From an archaeon (GTDB taxonomy: Archaea; Iainarchaeota; Iainarchaeia; Iainarchaeales; Iainarchaeaceae): a DNA stretch of 24,991 nt. Of the stretch, positions 17,144-24,991 are shown piece after piece. The notes beneath the pieces were generated by a model. The model did not search any database and was not told the DNA's origin. It was given only the letters and a program-made list of their open reading frames with translations. Position 1 is the stretch's first letter. Each line of letters begins with the position of its first letter. The position numbers were made by a program, and so were the translations under genes. The DNA is taken from assembly GCA_035289485.1 (NCBI GenBank), contig DATDXA010000020.1, positions 1-24,991 of the forward strand, given 5' to 3'.

Positions 17144-18504
17144 TGTACCCGCAAAAAGAAACTGACCAGTCGTTTGAATACTTGAAAAAAGTAGTCGCCA
17201 TCCTAGATGAACCGATATGCCTTATTGGTGGATGGGCAATTTATTTTACAGTAAACAAAAATTACCAAGCTTCGGTGGGAAGAAAATACATTGGCTCAAA
17301 GGACATAGATTTGGGATTCCACATTGACGAAAAACAGGAATTTGCCAATTCTGCTTTTGCAAAAGCCATAAAAAAACTTGAAGAGGAAGGATTTACCGAA
17401 GCTGGCGGAAGAATGGTAAAGGATCTTGATTATGACACCGGCAAAGAAATAAAGCCGGAAGACGCCAAAACAAAGCCAATGTACGAACTCCACAAAATGT
17501 ACGTTGATTTGATGGCTGACCAAATTCCAAAAACAAACCCTTGGGGAAAATCAGGACTCATATTTGACGAAGAGCTTTTGGATTACGTTTTCGATGATGA
17601 AAGGCACCGCATAGAACTTGAACAATTTAAAAGGAAACTTTGGATGCCGCAACCTTGGCTCTTGCTTGCTATGAAAATTAAGGCACTGCCGAATAGGCAA
17701 AAAGACCACAAGCGCCAAAAGGACATAGCAGATATATCTGTCATACTTACATTCACGAACCAGTTGACTTATGGCCCGAACCTAACCCAAGTTCTTTCAA
17801 GAGATAAAATTCTGGAAAGTTTGAACAGCATAACTGAAGAAGAAGTGAAAGAAACAGAAAAACTTCTCGGGCTCCAAACAAACACTTTCAGAGCCCCACT
17901 CAATAACCTGATTAGACAAATTGAAACAAATGACTTTGTATTTATTGAAGAAATAGAGGAATGGCAAAATGAAATCACAAAAGCAATAGAAAAGCGCAAC
18001 ACCAATAAACTGCAAACGATTCTTGAAACCGTGGCGGACAAGAGCCAGGCAATTCCATTATTCTATAATAAAAATTTCAGGAAAACTATTTTCAGGATGC
18101 TTGACCAAAAGAACTTTATGAAGGGACGAGTAACGGATGCGCTGATAAAAATAATTTACGACCAAAGAAATTTCAGAAAAAATAAGCAGGAGATAACAGA
18201 ATATTCTGAACAATTATTTGATTGGATAAAACCTGAAGGAATAAACACTCAGTTTGAAGCCCGCGGACTAGAACTTCTGCTTGTCGGGGGAAATCTAAAA
18301 GGTTTTTCTGAAATAGTAAAAACAAGGAACGGCAACCGAATTTCTGATGTGCTCAATGCATTCGACATCAGAAACGTCAAAAACCAAATAGACAAAAAAA
18401 CGCTAAAAGATTTGAAAGAATGGGTATCCAAAGAACTGGACAACGAAACAAATGACAATTATACGGACAGATTCCACAAACTTTACAAAATACTGAAAAA
18501 ATAA
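17143..18504 (+). CDS. Pol-beta-superfamily nucleotidyltransferase, AbiEii-like toxin, with C-terminal extension
   Basis: LIGGWA...GSKDIDL...VDL...MKIKAL..R..KRQKDIADI, followed by about 190 helical residues. Confidence 0.75.
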   Translation: MYPQKETDQSFEYLKKVVAILDEPICLIGGWAIYFTVNKNYQASVGRKYIGSKDIDLGFHIDEKQEFANSAFAKAIKKLEEEGFTEAGGRMVKDLDYDTGKEIKPEDAKTKPMYELHKMYVDLMADQIPKTNPWGKSGLIFDEELLDYVFDDERHRIELEQFKRKLWMPQPWLLLAMKIKALPNRQKDHKRQKDIADISVILTFTNQLTYGPNLTQVLSRDKILESLNSITEEEVKETEKLLGLQTNTFRAPLNNLIRQIETNDFVFIEEIEEWQNEITKAIEKRNTNKLQTILETVADKSQAIPLFYNKNFRKTIFRMLDQKNFMKGRVTDALIKIIYDQRNFRKNKQEITEYSEQLFDWIKPEGINTQFEARGLELLLVGGNLKGFSEIVKTRNGNRISDVLNAFDIRNVKNQIDKKTLKDLKEWVSKELDNETNDNYTDRFHKLYKILKK

Positions 18505-18509
18505 ACGAA

Positions 18510-19019
18510 TCAATGATAAACGACCCATGCTTTCGCCTTTTGCCTGCCGGCTTCCTGAATCTGCTCTTCTACGACTCTCTTTAGTTGAATCAACTGCTCC
18601 GTATCCGCGCCAGCACGCCCTTTTTTGATTATCAGCCTTTGTTGCCCGCCATCACGCTTGACAAGATAGAGCTCGCCACTTAAACCGGATGAGTTGTGCA
18701 CCAGCCTCTCTATTCTTTCCTTCCCGTCCTCAAGCTTTGCCACAAGCTTTTTCGTATGCGAAGCATACGCTTTCACAGGGTCGGCAGCATAATATCCAAC
18801 CGGCTTGACACCGGTGCGCATAACAAGCCCATCAACTATGAGCTCGTGAAGAATCTTGTAAACAGTCGCCCTGCAAAGGCCGGTTTCACTTTCAATCGAA
18901 TCGCCTGATTTTGGCTCAAGGCGCCAAAGCAACTTATAGACCTGGGCATGCCTAATCGAATACTCAGGAAAAATATGCTTTAGAAAATCCCAAACCAGAT
19001 TCACATCAGGATCGTCCAC
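18510..19019 (-). CDS. TrmB-like winged-HTH transcriptional regulator
   Basis: AQVYKLL...IESETGLCRATVYKILHELIVDGLV...KPVGYYAADP. GTG at 19019 follows a GGAGGGG RBS. Confidence 0.8.
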   Translation of the reverse strand: MDDPDVNLVWDFLKHIFPEYSIRHAQVYKLLWRLEPKSGDSIESETGLCRATVYKILHELIVDGLVMRTGVKPVGYYAADPVKAYASHTKKLVAKLEDGKERIERLVHNSSGLSGELYLVKRDGGQQRLIIKKGRAGADTEQLIQLKRVVEEQIQEAGRQKAKAWVVYH

Positions 19020-19164
19020 AATACCCCTCCCCCACATTAACAATTGCTAATTCCAAGCCTAATATGCTTGGCGTTGAAGGCAAATCAACCACAAAGTTGA
19101 TTGGATTTACTTTTTGAATCATAGAAGTAGATATACACTAAGAGCTATTACTCATTAAAAACAT

Positions 19165-19270
19165 AAGTATATTTTTAAAAAATACTTTTAAGTATACTTT
19201 AAAAATACTTTACTATACCAATACGTCAAAATAACCCCAATTTTTTGGGAAAACTATACTTAAAGTATAG
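19165..19270. repeat. Phased ATACTT repeats and palindromes between divergent regulators
   Basis: ATACTT at 19182, 19194, 19205 and 19256; palindrome CTATACT-TAA-AGTATAG at 19254-19270. Confidence 0.6.
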
Positions 19271-19285
19271 AGGAGGTTTTTCAAA

Positions 19286-19744
19286 ATGAACGAAGTTGAC
19301 CAAAAAGACAAACAACTATTCAACCTCCTAATCACAAACCCCAGCATGACGCAAGCCCAACTAGGCGAAAAACTCGGCGTCACCAAACTCACAATAAACA
19401 ACCGCATAAAACGCCTCAAAGAAAAAAAAGTAATCCTCGGAAACAACCTAATACTCGATTTAGACAAACTCGGCTACGACGTAACAGTCGTTGTGAACGT
19501 AAAAATAAAGGGCGGAAAACTCACAGAAACATCAGAAAAATACGCAACCGACCCACACGTCTGCTCCCTATACACCATAAGCGGAGAATACGACATGGTA
19601 CTCGTAGCCAAATTCCACAACAGAAACCAACTACAAAACTGGAACGAAAAAATGACCCAAGACACAGAACACATCGAAAGAGTAAACACAAGCTTCTGCT
19701 TCAGCAACCCAAAAGAAGGAACAAACCCGAACAAGATAGAATAA
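19286..19744 (+). CDS. Lrp/AsnC family transcriptional regulator
   Basis: D.KD..L...L, HTH, RIKRLKEKKVI, LD..KLGY, ISGEYD; GGAGGT RBS. Confidence 0.93.
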   Translation: MNEVDQKDKQLFNLLITNPSMTQAQLGEKLGVTKLTINNRIKRLKEKKVILGNNLILDLDKLGYDVTVVVNVKIKGGKLTETSEKYATDPHVCSLYTISGEYDMVLVAKFHNRNQLQNWNEKMTQDTEHIERVNTSFCFSNPKEGTNPNKIE

Positions 19745-19773
19745 CAGGAAACTATTTAGTTAATGGGTCAACC

Positions 19774-19935
19774 CAAAATGCCCTGAAGAAAAATCCGCTT
19801 TCATTTAACTCCGTGGATTTAGCCATGAAATAATTGCAGGCAAAGCTCACAATCCCTCTAAAGTTTTGGGTGAAACAGAGCAGCCTGCTGGACAAGTTCT
19901 ATCATCAGAAAAGAATCAGTGACTTTTTGAAATAA
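19774..19935 (+). pseudogene. 3' gene fragment ending in a PIP box; resembles the C-terminus of the Nre DNA-repair protein
   Basis: Frame reads QNALKKNPLSFNSVDLAMK*LQAKLTIPLKFWVKQSSLLDKFYHQKRISDFLK*. No start codon or 5' part; internal TAA at 19831. Confidence 0.55.
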
Positions 19936-19969
19936 ATCGTGCTGATGCCTTTGACTAAATGCGCAGTCT

Positions 19970-20887
19970 TTATTCGCCCATTTTCGGCATTATAATTTCT
20001 ATTTCTCCATAGCCTTTTAGTTCCTTGTTTTTTTGGTAAAAAAGCTTACAACTGTCAATCATTTCAACAGGCGCCTTGCTACAAACAGCTTCATCTTCTT
20101 TGTCCACCGCATACTGGCCAAAGCATGTGACTATCCCATTGCCAAGGTGCTGGCATGTTTCCCCTTCCTTATTGACTGCATCAAGGCAATATGTGTTGGC
20201 TGACCCAGCATACTTGCAAATTGCCGGATTTGACAGCTCCTTGGCTTTCTTTAGGACACATACTGTCAGGCTATTGGATGTAGTCCCTTTTTTGCGTTGA
20301 TCAGAAAATAAGTCTGCGCATGATTTGATTTCCGGTGGCGCGCAGCTATAATTAGCATTATTGGTGCAGTTTTTGTTGATTTGTGCTTGTCCAAATCCGC
20401 AAATCTCTGAGTTGATTTCAACACATTGCATAATTGAATTGTTTTCTGCAGCGAACTTTTGAGCTCCCGGGCTCAATATAATTATGAACAAAACCGCAAC
20501 CATTAGGTAATAGAGTATTGCTCCGCCAAATACGTACCACATAATTTCCTCTTTCCCGGACATATAAAGCAGCCCACCAAAGATGCCCACACCGATAATC
20601 ACAATCAATGGCCCTAGAACGATTCCAAGAAAGAATCCGATGCCTACCCAAAAAAGAGCTGATATAAAACCTGGGATTCTGAATGGCTCTGGCACTTCTT
20701 TCATTTGCTTTTTCTTTGTTTCTTCATCTTTGAACATTACAGAAATTCGCGAGTTAATGACATCATCTAAATATTTTTCATTAATTCCGGCCTGTTTCAA
20801 ACTTTGCCTTAGTATTGCAGGAGTGGTGCCATTTTCCAGTTCTTTTTTAATATCGTCCTTTAATTCGGTTTCCTTTATGGAATCCAT
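19970..20887 (-). CDS. Membrane protein with a Cys-rich extracellular C-terminus
   Basis: Soluble N-terminus, about three TM segments, then Cys-rich repeats. Confidence 0.8.
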   Translation of the reverse strand: MDSIKETELKDDIKKELENGTTPAILRQSLKQAGINEKYLDDVINSRISVMFKDEETKKKQMKEVPEPFRIPGFISALFWVGIGFFLGIVLGPLIVIIGVGIFGGLLYMSGKEEIMWYVFGGAILYYLMVAVLFIIILSPGAQKFAAENNSIMQCVEINSEICGFGQAQINKNCTNNANYSCAPPEIKSCADLFSDQRKKGTTSNSLTVCVLKKAKELSNPAICKYAGSANTYCLDAVNKEGETCQHLGNGIVTCFGQYAVDKEDEAVCSKAPVEMIDSCKLFYQKNKELKGYGEIEIIMPKMGE

Positions 20888-21041
20888 GCAAAGAGTTAAT
20901 TTTTCATTTAATTAATACTTTCGCTAAACGAGGGCTCTGTTGAAATTTACCGCATAACGGTAAACATCCTCTTTTTCGCCCATAAGAATTAGTAAATGCG
21001 CTAAAAAAGCAGGTTTAAATATCACCAAATACTTGATATAA

Positions 21042-21824
21042 ATGATAGAAATGAACAAATTGGTAGCTTTACTTGTGGCGTCAATAATTCTAATTTCGGG
21101 ATGCACACAGCAAGGTACGCAACCACAGACAGGACAAGAACAAAATGTTGCAACTGGGGCGAGTTCACCCGACAATAGTATTGAATCGTGTGAAAAAAAA
21201 GTTAATGACACGGACACAGGCGATTGTGTTGCCACATTTGCTAAAGCTAGTAAGGATTACTCTATTTGCAGTAAATTGAAGAAAGAATTGTTGAAATATG
21301 GCTGTTTAATGACTATAGCCATAGAAAAAAAAGAAATTAACGGTTGCGAGATGATACCAAAGGACTTTGTATATGGCGAGACTAATCTTAATCAGTTTTG
21401 TGTGAATTCAGTCAATGGAGACCCTGAATGCGAAGGTTCTCCAGCCAGAAACAATTGTTATACTGCTAAAGCAGTAGAGACAAAAAACATGAAATATTGC
21501 GATAACATTAATTTCAAGGGAGTATTAAGGTGCTCTCAAGGCGACTTTAAATTATATGGAGATGAAAATGGTTCAAAAATGGCTATTGCAATTTGCAAAG
21601 CACTTGTTTCCAGCAAGACCAGTTACTGCAATGAGCTTGGAGATATTAAAATAATAGGGACTGCTACAATCGGGGTAGGCTGTTCAAAAGATGGGGTGCG
21701 TTCAGCAAAAAACGATTGTCTTACTGAAGTGGCATTTTTAACAAACAATCAACAAGTCTGCTCCGAAATAAAAGATTTTAATGAATACAATGAATGTGTT
21801 GAGTTGCTGAAACTCACAAATTAA
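21042..21824 (+). CDS. Cys-rich secreted or lipoprotein-like protein
   Basis: Signal peptide with ILISGC lipobox-like motif, Q/T-rich linker, four CxxxxAxxxx[DNE]xxxC repeats. Alternative start at 21051. Confidence 0.85.
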   Translation: MIEMNKLVALLVASIILISGCTQQGTQPQTGQEQNVATGASSPDNSIESCEKKVNDTDTGDCVATFAKASKDYSICSKLKKELLKYGCLMTIAIEKKEINGCEMIPKDFVYGETNLNQFCVNSVNGDPECEGSPARNNCYTAKAVETKNMKYCDNINFKGVLRCSQGDFKLYGDENGSKMAIAICKALVSSKTSYCNELGDIKIIGTATIGVGCSKDGVRSAKNDCLTEVAFLTNNQQVCSEIKDFNEYNECVELLKLTN

Positions 21825-21912
21825 CTTTCGGCTCATATTTGGCAGATACCTGAAAATTCACTGCATAAGTGAAAATTATATACAAGCTGCACCTATTGGT
21901 TTTGGATTAAAG

Positions 21913-22848
21913 ATGCCAAATATTTTACGAATAGAAAACGTTTCAAAAAAAATCAACAATAATATCATTCTTAACGAAATTTCGTTTTCAATAGAAATCG
22001 GGGAAATTTTCGGTTTGCTTGGCCCTAATGGTTCCGGGAAAAGCACTTTAATGAGGATAATATCCGGCGTGCTTGATGCCACGAGTGGCACAGTGTACTT
22101 GAATGACAAAGACACTAGACAATCAAGAAAAGAAGCAAAGACCAAAATCGTTATGGTTCCACAGGAGTTTGCATTTTTTTCAGAGTTGAGCGTGAAAGAG
22201 AACCTTGACTATTTTGCATCCCAAATAAATGCTGGCCAAAAGAGAGTGAATGAGGTCATTGATTCGCTTGAGCTTAGGAAATTTTCAGCGACTCCGGCAG
22301 AATACCTTTCAGGCGGCTACAAAAGGATGCTCAATATAGCAATCTCACTCCTTCAAAACCCTGAAATAATTTTTTTGGACGAACCAAGCGTAGGACTTGA
22401 TCCTGTAATAAGAAGGGAACTTTGGGATAGGATACTTGAAATAAGGGCCAAAGGAATAACTGTCTGCATTTCAACCCACTATATGGAAGAAGCAACAGCT
22501 TTGTGTGACAAAGTTTGTCTTATACAAGGCGGAAAAATATTTGCACTGGACACTCCTGAAAATTTAACCAAGAAATTCGCCAACGAGCAAGTAGGCGTAT
22601 TCACTCTCAAACAACTGCCTGACGAAAAGCTTGTTTCAAAAATAACCCAACGCATCAAAGGAACGGAAGCATCAATATTTGGCACAAGTATTGTAGTTAA
22701 ATTTCCTGAAAAAAACCTAGAACTAACTGAAGCCGCCAAAAGTGCAATTGAATCAAGTGGCTACGAAATACTCAAATTAAGGATAAAGGAAGCCGACCTT
22801 GAACAGGCATTTATCAATCTGACAGGAAAACAACTCACGGAGAACTGA
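21913..22848 (+). CDS. ABC-2 type exporter ATP-binding protein
   Basis: Walker A GPNGSGKS, signature LSGG, Walker B IFLDEP, STHYMEEA..LCD. Confidence 0.95.
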   Translation: MPNILRIENVSKKINNNIILNEISFSIEIGEIFGLLGPNGSGKSTLMRIISGVLDATSGTVYLNDKDTRQSRKEAKTKIVMVPQEFAFFSELSVKENLDYFASQINAGQKRVNEVIDSLELRKFSATPAEYLSGGYKRMLNIAISLLQNPEIIFLDEPSVGLDPVIRRELWDRILEIRAKGITVCISTHYMEEATALCDKVCLIQGGKIFALDTPENLTKKFANEQVGVFTLKQLPDEKLVSKITQRIKGTEASIFGTSIVVKFPEKNLELTEAAKSAIESSGYEILKLRIKEADLEQAFINLTGKQLTEN

Positions 22849-22850
22849 AA

Positions 22851-24575
22851 ATGATGCGAAACTTGCTTGCGGGAATAAAAAAAGAAATTTTGCTTGTGAT
22901 ACGGCACAAGAACGCAATGCTTCTAGTAATACTCTTCCCTTTGATAACAATTGGGGCATTTGGCGGGTTATACTCTTATACGCTCAATCAGACTTTGTCG
23001 ATTGCAGTCTTTGAAGACCAAGCAACAAAAGCCGCACAATTGGAGGCACCCAAGAATGATTTCCAATACCAGATAAACTTTGTCGATGAACTGCGGAAAA
23101 ACAAGAACATCAACGCAATTGAAGTGAATTCCGAAGAAGAGGCAAAACAAAAGGTGCTGCAAAACGATGTTGACAGCGCGCTGATAATAAAAAGGCCTGA
23201 CCAGAAAGCACCTTACGAAATAACGGTGCTGGTTGACACAACCGACTTTGTCCAATCTTCAGTGGTCTGGGGCACTTTGTCCAACCAGATAAACACGATA
23301 ACGAACAATATTTCAGTAACAGTCATCCAAAAAATTTACGAAAAAATAGTCTCGCAAGAATACAAGACAAAACAACAACTCGAAAACATAGATACTTTTC
23401 TAGTGGAGTTTGAGAAGACCAAGCAAATGACAAATGAGTTATATGGAAATCTCGATTATTACGATGCCAATTTGCTCAGACAGTCTATAATCGACCAGAA
23501 CACTCAGTTAGTTGCACTAAGGAATCAGCTTTATAATTCAAGAGTTGGGTTATATACACAAAAAAGTACCCTGAGCTATTTCAAAACAAGCTACACTTAT
23601 ATGCTCAATCAATATGGGCTAAAGGGCACCGATGCAAATGGCAATTCAACAGCCCCTCAAGGAATTGCAGAAACTTCAGAATTAGTCAGTTCACAGATAA
23701 GCAGCCTTAACGAGAGCACTGATTTCCAAATAACAACATATGATAGCGCGATAGCCAAACTGGATGCGGCAATTGAAGAGATGGACAAACTCGACCAATA
23801 TTTTACCCAGTATAAGAAATTCTTGGCAGACGCAAAGAAACTACAGGTTAACATAGAAAGGGATGTCAAGGAAAGCAGGGCAGTTCTAGTGGAACTAAAC
23901 GAAACAATCCAAGGCATAAAACAATACACGCCGCAATTCCTCGCAAAACCAACAAACCTCTCTTACGGCGAAGCAATACACCTGCCAAATCTCGCCTCAC
24001 AATTCTTTCCAATGGTGCTCGCGCTTGTGAGCATGTTCAGCGCCCTGCTCCTGACAGCAGTGTCAATAATTTCCGAGAAGAAGCAAAATGTTTCAAGCAG
24101 GCTCAAAAGCATGCCAGTGCATAAATCAGTCCTCGTCTTGCAAAAACTTGTCGGCATTTCAATTATCCTCATAGCCGTGCTTTCAATATTACTCTTCCTT
24201 GGAACAACTTTCTTCGGCATCCAAGTGCCGGGAGACCCGCTACACATATTATTCAGCCTAGCGCTAACAATATTCTGCTTTGTCTCGCTAGGTATCGTAA
24301 TAGGCTCTTTGACAAACAACGAATCCAGTGCTATACTCGCAATTCTTGTAATAGTGTTCCCGATGATTTTCCTAAGCGGTCTCTTGCTTCCTTTGGAACT
24401 TATGCCGCAAGGGTTCCAAATATTCAAGATAATCAATCCGCTCGCCACAAGCGCAACACTCATGATAAACACCGCAATAAAAGGCATCCCGATAATCTAC
24501 AGCATCAAGGAAATAATCAACCTTGCAGCAATATCTTTTTTCAGCCTCATTGTCGGATATCTAAAATACCTATAA
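22851..24575 (+). CDS. ABC-2 type permease with a long extracellular helical insert (YhgE/Pip-like architecture)
   Basis: 1+5 TM topology, EK..N...RL...P and FLSGLLLPLELMP motifs, about 200-aa heptad-like insert. Confidence 0.88.
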   Translation: MMRNLLAGIKKEILLVIRHKNAMLLVILFPLITIGAFGGLYSYTLNQTLSIAVFEDQATKAAQLEAPKNDFQYQINFVDELRKNKNINAIEVNSEEEAKQKVLQNDVDSALIIKRPDQKAPYEITVLVDTTDFVQSSVVWGTLSNQINTITNNISVTVIQKIYEKIVSQEYKTKQQLENIDTFLVEFEKTKQMTNELYGNLDYYDANLLRQSIIDQNTQLVALRNQLYNSRVGLYTQKSTLSYFKTSYTYMLNQYGLKGTDANGNSTAPQGIAETSELVSSQISSLNESTDFQITTYDSAIAKLDAAIEEMDKLDQYFTQYKKFLADAKKLQVNIERDVKESRAVLVELNETIQGIKQYTPQFLAKPTNLSYGEAIHLPNLASQFFPMVLALVSMFSALLLTAVSIISEKKQNVSSRLKSMPVHKSVLVLQKLVGISIILIAVLSILLFLGTTFFGIQVPGDPLHILFSLALTIFCFVSLGIVIGSLTNNESSAILAILVIVFPMIFLSGLLLPLELMPQGFQIFKIINPLATSATLMINTAIKGIPIIYSIKEIINLAAISFFSLIVGYLKYL

Positions 24576-24586
24576 GAAAATAGTGG

Positions 24587-24790
24587 TCATTTCTGACCAC
24601 CGTTTCCTTGTATTTTCTTGACCTCGAAGTCTAGCATTTGGTTGAGCTTGTTTGCAAGCTCCTGCTTGACCTTGAGAAGGTCATCGCCTTCTGCGAGTTC
24701 GGCGGTGGCTGAGAGGCCAAAGCCTTTACTGGTAAAATTCCCAGTGTTGAGCTTCTGGGAAACCGAGACGTTGATTTCCTTTACCTTCAT
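24587..24790 (-). CDS. Small hypothetical protein (67 aa)
   Basis: AGGAGGGG RBS; predicted beta-hairpin plus helix (KLNTGNFTS). Confidence 0.7.
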   Translation of the reverse strand: MKVKEINVSVSQKLNTGNFTSKGFGLSATAELAEGDDLLKVKQELANKLNQMLDFEVKKIQGNGGQK

Positions 24791-24891
24791 TGGTAACCCC
24801 TCCTTTGCCTGCGTGCCTCAAGCTGTGCGAATGTGAGGCTCTCTGCAAAAGGGCTGCCCCTTTGCGAAACCTTTGTATCTGAATAACTCAT
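24787..24891 (-). CDS. Small hypothetical peptide (34 aa), translationally coupled to the downstream ORF
   Basis: MSYSDTKVSQRGSPFAESLTFAQLEARRQRRGYQ with a perfect GGAGGTGA RBS (24898-24905); its TGA overlaps the next ATG. Confidence 0.55.
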   Translation of the reverse strand: MSYSDTKVSQRGSPFAESLTFAQLEARRQRRGYQ

Positions 24892-24991
24892 TTTCAATCA
24901 CCTCCAGCGGAAAACGAGTTTTTTCCTAACAAAAAAGCCGGCTAACGGGCTTTGGACGTATTAAATCCCTTAGCCCAAGCGACCCCCTCCA

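Larger units (their letters stand above)
10403..24991. mobile_element. Putative integrated or accessory island with T4SS-like genes; boundaries uncertain and may continue to the right
   Basis: Gene content shifts from housekeeping to IS, T4SS-like, TA-like and regulator genes plus cargo, with altered strand skew. No integrase or confirmed att pair is seen in the window. Confidence 0.55.

Noticed and set aside
19165..19220. Short repeats as a possible CRISPR array
   Set aside because: Units are only 11-12 nt with no spacers, and there are no cas genes in the window.
20924..20983. 19-aa minus-strand ORF MGEKEDVYRYAVNFNRALV
   Set aside because: Too short and without a clear RBS; its end is just the IS-end-like motif read in frame.
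1..24991. Complete tRNA or rRNA genes, integrase, HUH relaxase, VirD4
   Set aside because: None recognised by eye in the intergenic gaps or ORFs; tRNAscan-SE and HMM searches would be needed to exclude them.

Overview
Archaeal DNA, judged from FEN1 with a PIP box, an archaeal TrpRS, a tRNA-intron endonuclease, TATA-box promoters and a histone. The gene set and the Cys-rich surface proteins suggest a DPANN lineage, possibly Diapherotrites-like (inference only). Bases 1-10.3 kb are mostly housekeeping genes: a partial Fe-ADH, fen, a USP, a tRNA-binding protein, trpS/endA, an M24 peptidase and ilvD. This part also holds three basic ORFans and a 58-aa short histone-fold gene that the ORF track missed. 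From about 10.4 kb the window looks like an accessory or mobile island. It begins with an IS5-family element with TIRs and a 9-bp target duplication. Next is a compact five-gene T4SS-like operon: VirB2-like pilin, VirB6-like protein, PrgI/VirB3-like fusion, a small ORF, and a VirB4 ATPase with an extra C-terminal PD-(D/E)XK-like domain. This is followed by an AbiE-like HTH + nucleotidyltransferase pair with a palindromic operator, divergent TrmB-like and Lrp regulators, a probable pseudogenised Nre 3' fragment, two Cys-repeat surface proteins, an ABC exporter and small ORFs. No relaxase, VirD4 or integrase is visible in the window. The best candidate for an undescribed system is the minimal archaeal T4SS whose VirB4 carries a nuclease-like domain. 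Parts of the island also show an extreme strand-specific A/C skew. All family calls come from reading motifs by eye; no database searches were run.
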